From Flavobacteriaceae bacterium (GTDB taxonomy: Bacteria > Bacteroidota > Bacteroidia > Flavobacteriales > Flavobacteriaceae): DNA of 64,000 nt. Shown here one piece after another: positions 1 to 9,121 of the stretch. The stretch's first letter is position 1. Every line of letters starts with the position of its first letter. The position numbers and the translations under genes were made by a program. The notes under the pieces are model-generated. The model had not been told where the DNA came from, did no database searches, and saw only the letters and a program-made list of their open reading frames with translations. The stretch is from positions 44,704 through 108,703 of the forward strand of contig JBGTNL010000093.1 in NCBI GenBank assembly GCA_041743085.1. Reading direction: 5' to 3'.

Positions 1-1
1 G

Positions 2-859
2 GTGTCAGTGGGCTCTAATGACCGGCTTACCAACATTAACCTGAGCACTTTCAATATTGAAATTGAACCGCTGACGAATTTCAGGATCCTGTTTGGAGGT
101 TCTTTCAGGACTTTGGATTCTGCCTTGCCCGATGCTTTCAGTCTGGATTACCTTGATCCTGATTCGCCTACAGGGATCTCCTCGGAGATCAAACAGTTCG
201 ATCTCAATACAACCCTTATTTTTACACCGGGCAAGCGTACGATTGGGTATGGTGTGGAACGAAGGGATATCAACGACAACTATAGTACATTATTACTCAA
301 CTATAGTAAGGGCTTAAAAGGTTTTCTGGAAAGCGATTTCGACTATGAAAAAATACAATTTTCCTATACGCAGCCCTGGCAAATAGGCGGTATTGGAAGA
401 TTGAGAAGTACTATTGAAGTTGGAAAGACCTTTGGAGAAGTTCCTTTAGGACTGTTGAATGTGATCCCGGGCAACCAGACTATCTTTTCCCTTTATAATA
501 CCTTTCCAAATTTGAATTTCTATGAGTTTGTTACGGACACGTATACCTCCCTTCATCTTGAACACAATTTTAACGGAAGGTTACTGTCCAGGATCCCGTT
601 CATGCGTAACTGGGACTTGAGGGAAATTGTTGGTGTCAGGGGTGTGTGGGGTCAACTTTCGGATGAGAATATAACCTTAAGCAGCCCGACAAATATTCCT
701 TTGATGGCTCCGAACGATAAAATTTATTGGGAGTACTCCTTTGGCGTGGGAAATATATTTAGGATTTTTCGGATCGATTTTAATTTCAGAGGTAACTACC
801 TGGACAATCCCAATGCCAGGCCTTTTAGTGTTACCGGTTCCTTCGGGTTTAGTTTTTAG
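2..859 (+). CDS. C-terminal part of an outer-membrane beta-barrel protein (5' end lies outside the window)
   Basis: The open frame runs from the window edge. It shows an alternating aromatic/hydrophobic beta-strand pattern and ends ...GSFGFSF; a terminal Phe is typical of OMP barrels. The family (DUF5686-like) was judged by eye only. Confidence 0.5.
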   Translation: MSVGSNDRLTNINLSTFNIEIEPLTNFRILFGGSFRTLDSALPDAFSLDYLDPDSPTGISSEIKQFDLNTTLIFTPGKRTIGYGVERRDINDNYSTLLLNYSKGLKGFLESDFDYEKIQFSYTQPWQIGGIGRLRSTIEVGKTFGEVPLGLLNVIPGNQTIFSLYNTFPNLNFYEFVTDTYTSLHLEHNFNGRLLSRIPFMRNWDLREIVGVRGVWGQLSDENITLSSPTNIPLMAPNDKIYWEYSFGVGNIFRIFRIDFNFRGNYLDNPNARPFSVTGSFGFSF

Positions 860-1021
860 GATTTCCACATCGGAAAGGTATATATCCTTAAGCTCGGAGA
901 TTGCCGGAATTCTTCACGAATGCCTCTCTTCCATTTTGTAACCAATTGAAATATTCCTACTCTATTATTGCGAAAGAGGGCTCCTGATTTGCTTACCTTT
1001 GCAATGCTAAAATAAGGTGCT

Positions 1022-1549
1022 ATGACCGCGGCCGAAGTTACCTCATTTGATGTATTAATTGAAATTCCGAAGGGGAGCAGGAACAAATACGAATACGATT
1101 TTAAACTTAAAAGGATCCGATACGATCGGATGATATTTTCTTCCATGATGTACCCTGCGGACTATGGGTTTATTCCCGAAATTCTGGCATTGGATGGGGA
1201 TCCTCTGGATGTATTGGTGTTAGTAACAGAACCTACCTTTCCCCGCTGTGTGATGGAGGTAAAGCCCATAGGGGTGTTTCACATGGCCGATGAAAAAGGC
1301 CCGGATGAGAAAGTCATATGTGTCCCGGTTTCCGATCCTATTGGGAACAGGGTGAATGATTTAAAGGAACTCAACGCCCATCTCATTAAGGAGATCGAAC
1401 ATTTCTTTAAAGTATATAAGGAACTTGAGAAGAAAAAGGTAGATGTTGATGGCTGGGGCGATGTTTACGAGGCCAAAGAGATCATTGCCAATTGCATCAA
1501 TAGATTTAAAGAAAGTGATGTGCCTGTCAGGGAAGTGAGTATTAAATAA
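1022..1549 (+). CDS. ppa: Soluble family-I inorganic pyrophosphatase
   Basis: 175 aa. Contains FDVLIEIPKGSRNKYEYD, YPADYGFIPETL-like and DGDPLDVLV signature segments. Confidence 0.9.
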   Translation: MTAAEVTSFDVLIEIPKGSRNKYEYDFKLKRIRYDRMIFSSMMYPADYGFIPEILALDGDPLDVLVLVTEPTFPRCVMEVKPIGVFHMADEKGPDEKVICVPVSDPIGNRVNDLKELNAHLIKEIEHFFKVYKELEKKKVDVDGWGDVYEAKEIIANCINRFKESDVPVREVSIK

Positions 1550-1793
1550 GGTGCCTTCCATATTCCTGAAAAAAACAGCGTGACCGGAAAGTCAAATCAA
1601 GCCGTCATTGCGAACGCAGTGAGGTCCTCTGTGGCCTGACTGCCAACGGTTTAAAGATAGCTTCTTTTCGCTCACTGACAACTGACCTTACTTTTCAAAA
1701 ACCCTCTTTCATATTCTAAACCATTTTACTACTTTTGCCCCCGTTTTAACCCGGAACTCATCTTGAGTTTTTTTTTATAAATAACTAAGCAAC

Positions 1794-4202
1794 ATGGAAC
1801 TAATCGTAAACTATTTGTGGGCATTTGGTATTTTGGGCCTTCTTTTTGTACTTGTTAAGAATATGTGGGTATCCAAACAGGAGGAGGGTAATGAAAAAAT
1901 GGCCAGAATTGCAAAGAATATTGCCGATGGAGCAATGTCCTTTCTAAAAGCGGAATACCGGATTCTTTCAATTTTTGTAATCGCCGTGGCCATTCTTCTG
2001 TATTTTAAGGGTGCTTCGGAAACCGGATCCAACGGTATGGTGGCTGTATCTTTCGTAGTAGGTGCTATTTGTTCGGCATTGGCCGGTTTTATTGGCATGC
2101 GCGTGGCTACGAAAGCTAATGTAAGAACTACTCAGGCCGCCAGGACTTCTTTGGGAAAGGCTCTGGAAGTTGCCTTCGCGGGAGGCTCTGTGATGGGACT
2201 TGGGGTAGTAGGTCTGGGCGTATTGGGACTAAGTGGATTATTCACCCTTTATAGTGGGCAAGGATGGGCAATCGGGGAAGTTTTGAACGTGCTTTCCGGG
2301 TTTTCTCTTGGAGCCTCTTCTATAGCTTTGTTCGCACGTGTAGGTGGCGGTATCTATACCAAAGCCGCAGATGTTGGTGCCGACCTCGTAGGCAAGGTGG
2401 AAGCAGGTATTCCCGAGGATCATCCTTTAAATCCGGCAACAATTGCAGATAACGTTGGTGATAATGTTGGCGATGTTGCGGGAATGGGTGCAGACCTTTT
2501 CGAGTCGTACGTAGGTTCAATTATCGGTACTATGGTATTGGGCGCCACTTTTGTTACTTTGCCGGAATTTACGGCTTCTTTCGATGGCCTTGGCGCGGTA
2601 TATCTGCCATTGGCCCTGGCCGCGGTTGGCATTGTTATGTCTATTATCGGTACTTTTTTAGTACGAGTAAAGGATGGCGGTTCCCCGCACAAGGCTTTGA
2701 ACATGGGCGAATTCGGATCTGCATTCTTAATGTTGATCGCATCCTATTTTATTATACAACAAATGCTTCCTGAAACCTGGATGGAAGGCGGAAAAGAGTT
2801 TACCTCTCTGGGCGTTTTCTGGGCCACGATCGCGGGCCTGGTTGCCGGATTGCTGGTAGGTAAAGTAACGGAATATTACACAGGAACTGGTAAACCGCCC
2901 GTTAGGTCCATCGTTCGGCAATCCGAAACGGGTTCGGCCACTAATATCATAGCAGGCCTTGGGGTAGGGATGATGTCTACAGCAATTCCCATTCTTTTGA
3001 TCGCAGCGGCTATTCTGGTATCCCACTATTTTGCCGGCCTTTATGGAATTGCCATCGCGGCTGTGGGGATGTTGGCAAATACGGGGATACAACTTGCCGT
3101 TGATGCCTACGGCCCTATTTCCGACAATGCGGGTGGCATAGCGGAGATGGCAGAACTGCCGGCTGAGGTCCGCGAACGTACCGATAAGCTGGATGCCGTA
3201 GGGAATACAACTGCCGCCATCGGTAAGGGATTTGCGATCGCGTCCGCAGCTTTGACAGCATTGGCATTGTTTGCCGCCTTTATGAAAACCGCAAATGTCA
3301 CGGCTATCGATGTATCACAACCCGATATTATGGCAGGGCTGTTGGTTGGAGGTATGTTGCCGTTTGTATTTTCGGCCTTATCGATAAACGCCGTAGGCCG
3401 GGCAGCTATGGCAATGATCGAGGAGGTGCGTCGGCAATTCAGGGACATCCCTCAATTAAATGCAGCGCTGGCCGTTATGCGAAAATATGATTCCGACATG
3501 TCCAAGGCGACCGAAGCTGATAGAAAAATATTCGACGCCGCCGATGGCTACGCGGAATACGATAAGTGTGTTGCGATATCCACTAAGGCCTCTATTAAGG
3601 AAATGGTCTTTCCCGGTCTGCTGGCAATTGCCGTGCCTGTTGCCGTTGGCTTTATAGGAGGTGCTGAGATGCTGGGCGGATTGCTTGCCGGAGTGACCAC
3701 TGCGGGTGTTTTGATGGCCATTTTCCAATCCAATGCCGGAGGCGCCTGGGACAACGCAAAAAAAATGATAGAAGAAGAGGGTAGAAAAGGTACGGAAGCC
3801 CATAAGGCAGCTGTAGTTGGGGATACCGTAGGAGATCCGTTTAAGGATACCTCAGGCCCCTCCCTTAACATTCTATTAAAATTGATGTCTGTAGTGGCCC
3901 TGGTAATTGCGCCAAGCATTGCGCTCTCTACTGATAGTCTGACAGCTTATGCCGAAAATGGGATGTTCAAGGAAGTGAAAAAAGAGGTTCGGGTAAAAAT
4001 GGAGAGCCAGCCGGACGATATGGTTAAGGCCATTGTGACAACCACCACTACCGAGGAGCGAAAAACCGCATCCAACGAATATGTTTACACAGGCAGTCCG
4101 GAAGAGGTAGAGGCCAGGATCAATGCCCTGCGTCAGGAAAAGGAGACTGATACCAAGGTGAATAAGGTGATTAAAGAGGTGGAGGTAGATGTGAATGAAT
4201 AA
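1794..4202 (+). CDS. hppA: Membrane-bound ion-pumping pyrophosphatase (K+-dependent sequence type) with a ~90-aa hydrophilic C-terminal tail
   Basis: 802 aa and polytopic. Contains [52 protein letters not shown] (the Ala-type motif of K+-dependent enzymes) and [17 protein letters not shown]. Confidence 0.9.
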   Translation: MELIVNYLWAFGILGLLFVLVKNMWVSKQEEGNEKMARIAKNIADGAMSFLKAEYRILSIFVIAVAILLYFKGASETGSNGMVAVSFVVGAICSALAGFIGMRVATKANVRTTQAARTSLGKALEVAFAGGSVMGLGVVGLGVLGLSGLFTLYSGQGWAIGEVLNVLSGFSLGASSIALFARVGGGIYTKAADVGADLVGKVEAGIPEDHPLNPATIADNVGDNVGDVAGMGADLFESYVGSIIGTMVLGATFVTLPEFTASFDGLGAVYLPLALAAVGIVMSIIGTFLVRVKDGGSPHKALNMGEFGSAFLMLIASYFIIQQMLPETWMEGGKEFTSLGVFWATIAGLVAGLLVGKVTEYYTGTGKPPVRSIVRQSETGSATNIIAGLGVGMMSTAIPILLIAAAILVSHYFAGLYGIAIAAVGMLANTGIQLAVDAYGPISDNAGGIAEMAELPAEVRERTDKLDAVGNTTAAIGKGFAIASAALTALALFAAFMKTANVTAIDVSQPDIMAGLLVGGMLPFVFSALSINAVGRAAMAMIEEVRRQFRDIPQLNAALAVMRKYDSDMSKATEADRKIFDAADGYAEYDKCVAISTKASIKEMVFPGLLAIAVPVAVGFIGGAEMLGGLLAGVTTAGVLMAIFQSNAGGAWDNAKKMIEEEGRKGTEAHKAAVVGDTVGDPFKDTSGPSLNILLKLMSVVALVIAPSIALSTDSLTAYAENGMFKEVKKEVRVKMESQPDDMVKAIVTTTTTEERKTASNEYVYTGSPEEVEARINALRQEKETDTKVNKVIKEVEVDVNE

Positions 4203-4220
4203 CGAATGCCGTATAAAGCT

Positions 4221-4254
4221 AAAAAAACCCGTAACATAGTTTGCGGGTTTTTTT
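4221..4254 (+). terminator. Rho-independent terminator downstream of hppA
   Basis: The sequence aaaaaaacccgtaacatagtttgcgggttttttt forms a GC stem (acccg/cgggt), extended by A/T pairs and followed by a T-run, 19 nt after the hppA stop. Confidence 0.6.
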
Positions 4255-4278
4255 GTGGAATGGTATCTTAATAGCGCA

Positions 4279-5544
4279 ATGGAATACAACGACCTTACAG
4301 CATTGGGTATTGCCTTTGGTTTAGGGCTATTGGTAGGGCTGCAACGCCAAAAGACGGACAATAAGATGGCCGGTGTCCGCACCTTTACCCTTATCTCGGT
4401 TTTGGGGGTTATGAGTGGCCTGTTGTCCCGGGACCTTAACAATCCTTTCATCCTCCCCTTAATGGGTATTGCGTTAACGGCACTTTTAGTGATGGCAAAT
4501 ATCGTTAAGCTAAAAAAGTTTACTGACCCCGATGTGGGGCAGACAACAGAGGTTGCTGCGCTGCTGATGTTTGCAATCGGTGCTTATTTGGTGATGGGAG
4601 ATCGGGTTTTGGCGGTTATCGTGGGTGGTACTACTGCTGTATTGCTCTATATAAAAGAAAGGTTGCACGGTTTTATAGAACGGCTTAAAGAAAAGGATCT
4701 GTCGGCCATTATGACCTTCACCGGTATTTCTCTTATCATCCTCCCGATACTACCCGATCGGACCTATGGCCCCCTCGATGTTCTAAATCCCCGAAACATC
4801 TGGCTCATGGTAGTTTTGATAGTTGGCATTAGCGTCATAGGGTATTTTATATACAAGTTCGTTGGAAAAAAAACAGGGATCATTACCAATGGAATTTTAG
4901 GAGGCCTTATCAGTAGTACGGCGACGACAGTTAGTTATGCAAGAAAAACCTCCGGCACCAAATCCATTGCGAAAATTGCCGCGTTTATCATCACCACTGC
5001 CTCCGCTATTGCCCTGGTACGGGTTTTAATAGAGGTAGGAATAATCATACCGCAGAAACTTCCACAGATCATACTTCCCCTGGCGATCGAATTTTTTTTA
5101 ATGGCCTTGTTGTGCGTAGGTCTCTTCTATCTGATAAACAAGGATAATAAGGATGATGAAATGCCGGAACCTGAAAATCCGGCCCAATTCAAAAGTGCGA
5201 TGATCTTCGGATTATTATACGGCCTTATTTTACTGGCTGTGGCATTTACCAAACAGGAGTTCGGTAACAATGCACTTTATATAGTGGCAATAATCAGTGG
5301 CCTTACGGACGTAGACGCCATTACACTTTCCCTCTCGCAATTGATGAAAAATGACGGACTTGATGTTTCCACCGGATGGCGGTTAATTCTTCTGGCCTCA
5401 ATTTCCAATTTGTTATTTAAAGGTGTAATGGCCGCCATTTTGGGAACACGTCAGTTAGCCAAATGGATTTCCATTACTTTTGGCATTTCCATTGCAGCCG
5501 GACTTTTGATCATGTGGCTGTGGCCCGAAAACTGGCATTTTTGA
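4279..5544 (+). CDS. MgtC/SapB-like N-terminal domain plus DUF4010 integral membrane protein
   Basis: Polytopic ORF. The N-terminus LGIAFGLGLLVGLQRQ is MgtC-like. ATG 4279 is preferred over the track's GTG 4255, which abuts the terminator. Confidence 0.65.
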   Translation: MEYNDLTALGIAFGLGLLVGLQRQKTDNKMAGVRTFTLISVLGVMSGLLSRDLNNPFILPLMGIALTALLVMANIVKLKKFTDPDVGQTTEVAALLMFAIGAYLVMGDRVLAVIVGGTTAVLLYIKERLHGFIERLKEKDLSAIMTFTGISLIILPILPDRTYGPLDVLNPRNIWLMVVLIVGISVIGYFIYKFVGKKTGIITNGILGGLISSTATTVSYARKTSGTKSIAKIAAFIITTASAIALVRVLIEVGIIIPQKLPQIILPLAIEFFLMALLCVGLFYLINKDNKDDEMPEPENPAQFKSAMIFGLLYGLILLAVAFTKQEFGNNALYIVAIISGLTDVDAITLSLSQLMKNDGLDVSTGWRLILLASISNLLFKGVMAAILGTRQLAKWISITFGISIAAGLLIMWLWPENWHF

Positions 5545-5545
5545 T

Positions 5546-6556
5546 ATGGGTATCTTCTTCGATAAAAAAGACGCACTGCAGATTATCGCCTTTCAAAGTT
5601 ATGGCACAGATAGTCATTTGTATGCCAGGGGGAGGGCTCTGGAAGATGAGAATATCGATCTGTCCGAAAAAGGTTTTTTTAAGTTGTTGCTAAATACCTG
5701 GAAACGCTTTGATGCCGATGAGGTAAGGAATACCAGACTTTCACTAAAGCTTCCGGATAATACCGTTTATTATACCGATACGGATGGCGATGGTTATTAC
5801 TTATTTGAAACTCCCTTAGGAGAACTTTCCAAATTAACGAACGATGAAGGCTGGTTGTCCTATGAGATATCATATGCAGATGTAACTATTGAACGTGAAA
5901 TCACAAATGAAAACCGTTTTCCCGGGGAAATATTGATTCCATCCCGGGATGCCGATTTCGGTGTTATAAGCGATATTGATGACACCATCATTCATACGGG
6001 AGTTGTATCGTCATTGAAATGGCAGGTGATCAAGAATACTGTTTTCAAAAGGCCAGAAACAAGGATCCCGTTGGAAGGTGCAGCTCAATTTTACCATTTA
6101 TTTCATCGCGGTCGATCCGGGTGCGATAATAATCCTATTTTCTACGTAAGCCATAGTCCATGGAACCTATATCGCTACCTTGAATTTTTCCTGAAAAAGA
6201 ACAATTTCCCAAAAGGCCCCATCTTGTTGAGAAGCTTTTCAAACTTTAGAAATAGAAAGGATGAAAGTGAAAAACCTCAAAAGCAACGCGAGATCCTGAA
6301 TATTTTGAAAACTTACCCTGAGTTAAGATTTATTTTAGTCGGGGATAGCGGGGAGCGGGATGCCGATATCTACATAGAGATTGCGGAATCCCATCCCGAT
6401 CGTATTCTGGCGATCTATTTAAGAAGCGTAAAACACAAGCAGAAAATGTTGCGTGTTAAAGGCCTCTTTAAAGATTATAAGTCCACTCCGGTGTTGCTGG
6501 TGGAAAAAAGTGAAGATGCGGTACAACACGCAAGAAATAACGGATTCATTAAATAA
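5546..6556 (+). CDS. App1-family (DUF2183) phosphatidate-phosphatase-like protein
   Basis: 336 aa with a DIDDTIIHTG (DxDxT) motif and GDSGERD. The start lies 1 nt after the upstream stop, so the two genes are probably co-transcribed. Confidence 0.6.
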   Translation: MGIFFDKKDALQIIAFQSYGTDSHLYARGRALEDENIDLSEKGFFKLLLNTWKRFDADEVRNTRLSLKLPDNTVYYTDTDGDGYYLFETPLGELSKLTNDEGWLSYEISYADVTIEREITNENRFPGEILIPSRDADFGVISDIDDTIIHTGVVSSLKWQVIKNTVFKRPETRIPLEGAAQFYHLFHRGRSGCDNNPIFYVSHSPWNLYRYLEFFLKKNNFPKGPILLRSFSNFRNRKDESEKPQKQREILNILKTYPELRFILVGDSGERDADIYIEIAESHPDRILAIYLRSVKHKQKMLRVKGLFKDYKSTPVLLVEKSEDAVQHARNNGFIK

Positions 6557-6594
6557 AATTAAGATAAACTTTTCTATGGTTCCGGAAAGTACTG

Positions 6595-7257
6595 CTAAAA
6601 AAGCCCGTTAATTTCCGCATCAATTTTATTGATCACCTCTCCCAAATGCTCAGGGTTGTCAACAAAATCCAGTTTATCGACATCTGCGATCAAAAGGTTT
6701 CCCTTTTCGTAACTGTGGGCCCAGGCCTCGTACCGCTCATTCAACCGACTTAAATAATCGATCGATATGGAATTTTCATATTCTCTGCCACGCTTGTGAA
6801 TTTGGTCTACCAGATTCGGGATAGAACTCCTTAAATAGATCAACAGGTCCGGGGGCTGTACCAAACTCTCCATAAGATCGAACAGACTGGAATAATTGCT
6901 GAAATCCCTGTTGGTCATCAGACCCATTGCATGTAAATTAGGAGCAAAAATATGGGCATCCTCATAAATTGTCCTGTCCTGTATTACATTTTTACCACTT
7001 TCCCTGATTTTAAGGATCTGACGGTACCTGCTATTTAAGAAGTAAATTTGAAGATTAAAGCTCCACCGCTCCATTTGGGTATAAAAATCGTCCAGATATG
7101 GATTGTCAACCACATCCTCAAAATGGGCTTCCCACTTATAATGTCTGGAAAGTAATTTGGTCAACGTTGTCTTGCCGGCTCCAATGTTTCCTGCAACTGC
7201 AATGTGCATAATGGGTAATGATTTATGGTTGGTGTCGTATTCGTCAAGGGCACGCAA
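6595..7257 (-). CDS. Deoxynucleoside kinase
   Basis: 220 aa with the P-loop AGNIGAGKTTL and a dNK-like layout (DRTIYED, ERY...). Confidence 0.8.
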   Translation of the reverse strand: MRALDEYDTNHKSLPIMHIAVAGNIGAGKTTLTKLLSRHYKWEAHFEDVVDNPYLDDFYTQMERWSFNLQIYFLNSRYRQILKIRESGKNVIQDRTIYEDAHIFAPNLHAMGLMTNRDFSNYSSLFDLMESLVQPPDLLIYLRSSIPNLVDQIHKRGREYENSISIDYLSRLNERYEAWAHSYEKGNLLIADVDKLDFVDNPEHLGEVINKIDAEINGLF

Positions 7258-7528
7258 TATACGAAGTATCTCGGGTACGTGAAAAAATAGTTGTTGAAAT
7301 ACCCAGAGATAATAATTATGCGAACATAATTTTTATTTTATGTGCAAATACGTACTTTTGGCGAAATAATGTCAGAGGAAAGATTTGACTGATTGCAACC
7401 TCAGGTTCCTGAAATTAATTCAGGATAAAAAAATGCTAAAGCAGCCCTTGCCGAAATCAAAACGGCACCTGTTTTAACTTCCCTGCAACTTTCTTTCAAT
7501 TCTTTTGTCTCATTTAAATTTATGTGTT

Positions 7529-8785
7529 ATGGCTTATTTATTCACCTCGGAATCTGTCAGCGAAGGGCATCCAGATAAGGTTGCAGATCAGATAAGTGAT
7601 GCCTTGTTAGACAATTTTCTTGCCTTCGATCCTGAGAGCAAGGTGGCCTGTGAAACATTGGTAACCACCGGGCAGGTTGTTCTGGCCGGCGAGGTAAAAA
7701 GTCACACCTATTTAGATCTGCAAAATATTGCCAGGGAAGTCATCCACAGAATTGGCTACACTAAGGGGGAGTATCAGTTTAGTAGCGATTCCTGCGGTGT
7801 TATTTCCCTGATTCACGAACAATCCCAGGACATCAATCAAGGGGTTGACAGGGGCTCAAAGGAGGAACAGGGGGCTGGGGATCAGGGAATGATGTTCGGT
7901 TATGCCACTATGGAGACCCAGAATTACATGCCTATGGCATTAGACATATCACATAAGATCTTACGGGAACTTGCCGTGTTACGACGGGAAAATAATGAGA
8001 TAAAATATTTAAGACCCGATGCCAAATCCCAGGTTACCATTTCCTATTCAAATGACAATGTGCCCCAACATATAGATACCATTGTGGTGTCTACGCAACA
8101 CGATGAATTTGATTCGGATGATGGCAAAATGCTGGCAAAAATCAAGGAAGATATTATTTCTATATTGATCCCCAGAGTAAAGAAGCAATTACCGGAACAT
8201 ATACAAGCCTTATTTAATGGGACAATAAAGTACCATATTAACCCCACAGGAAAATTTGTTATCGGCGGTCCGCATGGGGATTCGGGATTAACCGGCAGGA
8301 AGATCATTGTGGACACCTACGGGGGAAAAGGCGCACATGGAGGAGGGGCATTCAGTGGGAAGGATCCTAGTAAAGTCGATAGAAGTGCCGCCTACGCGGC
8401 CAGGCATGCGGCAAAAAATCTTGTGGCCGCCGGAGTGGCCAAAGAAATATTGGTGCAGTTGAGTTATGCGATCGGCGTTGTGGAACCCACTTCCATTTTT
8501 GTAGATACCTATGGTACCTCCGGATTGGATTTGAGTGACGGAGAGATTGCTATAAAGGTTGCGGAATTGTTCGACATGAGGCCCTTCGCCATAGAAGATC
8601 GTCTAAAATTGCGGAATCCTATTTATTTGGAAACGGCGGCCTATGGCCATATGGGTAGGGAAAGCAGAAAGGTTAAGAAGGTATTCGAATCCCCGTACAA
8701 TGGAAGGATTGAGAAAGAGGTAGAACTCTTTACATGGGAAAAATTGGATATGGTAGAGGACATAAAAAGGGCGTTTAACCTGTAA
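7529..8785 (+). CDS. metK: S-adenosylmethionine synthetase
   Basis: Contains [32 protein letters not shown] and [22 protein letters not shown] 7529 is preferred over the track's TTG 7505. Confidence 0.95.
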   Translation: MAYLFTSESVSEGHPDKVADQISDALLDNFLAFDPESKVACETLVTTGQVVLAGEVKSHTYLDLQNIAREVIHRIGYTKGEYQFSSDSCGVISLIHEQSQDINQGVDRGSKEEQGAGDQGMMFGYATMETQNYMPMALDISHKILRELAVLRRENNEIKYLRPDAKSQVTISYSNDNVPQHIDTIVVSTQHDEFDSDDGKMLAKIKEDIISILIPRVKKQLPEHIQALFNGTIKYHINPTGKFVIGGPHGDSGLTGRKIIVDTYGGKGAHGGGAFSGKDPSKVDRSAAYAARHAAKNLVAAGVAKEILVQLSYAIGVVEPTSIFVDTYGTSGLDLSDGEIAIKVAELFDMRPFAIEDRLKLRNPIYLETAAYGHMGRESRKVKKVFESPYNGRIEKEVELFTWEKLDMVEDIKRAFNL

Positions 8786-8824
8786 AATTTGTAAAAAGGT
8801 TAGGTAATTCCATTTTTCTGTACC

Positions 8825-8832
8825 TATATTTG
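8825..8832 (+). promoter_or_regulatory. Candidate Bacteroidetes -7 promoter box (TAnnTTTG)
   Basis: tatatttg lies ~30 nt upstream of the riboswitch P1 stem. Confidence 0.35.
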
Positions 8833-8861
8833 CAGTTCACAAGTTCAAACACTTATTGAAG

Positions 8862-9006
8862 AGTTATCAAGAAAGGTGGAGGGAATAGACCCCGTGAAGC
8901 CTTAGCAACCCTTTGTTCCTCCGCAGAACTTCCTAAGGTTATCTTATCGGAATAGGATCAGAGAAGGTGCTACGTTCTATCACGCCAGGGGCGTGACAGA
9001 TAACCA
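8862..9006 (+). promoter_or_regulatory. SAM-I (S-box) riboswitch leader of the metY operon
   Basis: Core gttatcaagaaaggtggagggaatagaccccgtgaagccttagcaaccc ... aaggtgctacgttctatc ... gacagataac. The P1 halves gttatc/gataac and the GGUGGAGGGA, GCAACC and AGGUGCUA boxes are present. The variable segment between the GCAACC and AAGGUGC boxes (read as P3) is long, ~50 nt. Confidence 0.8.
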
Positions 9007-9121
9007 GCAAAATTACCTTCGTAATTACACCATCTTGTTAACTTTTCGATTTTTCTTAATTGCATTGAAGCAGTTACGGTCTGGGCTTATTAAAGGGATC
9101 ATTAATTAAAATAACAAAATC

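Noticed and set aside
1755-1777. Hairpin aactca-tct-tgagtt followed by T9, 17 nt before the hppA start; possible ppa terminator
   Set aside because: The stem is only 6 AT-rich base pairs with a 3-nt loop, and it would leave no room for an hppA promoter. It may just be a T-rich tract, so it is not reported as a feature.
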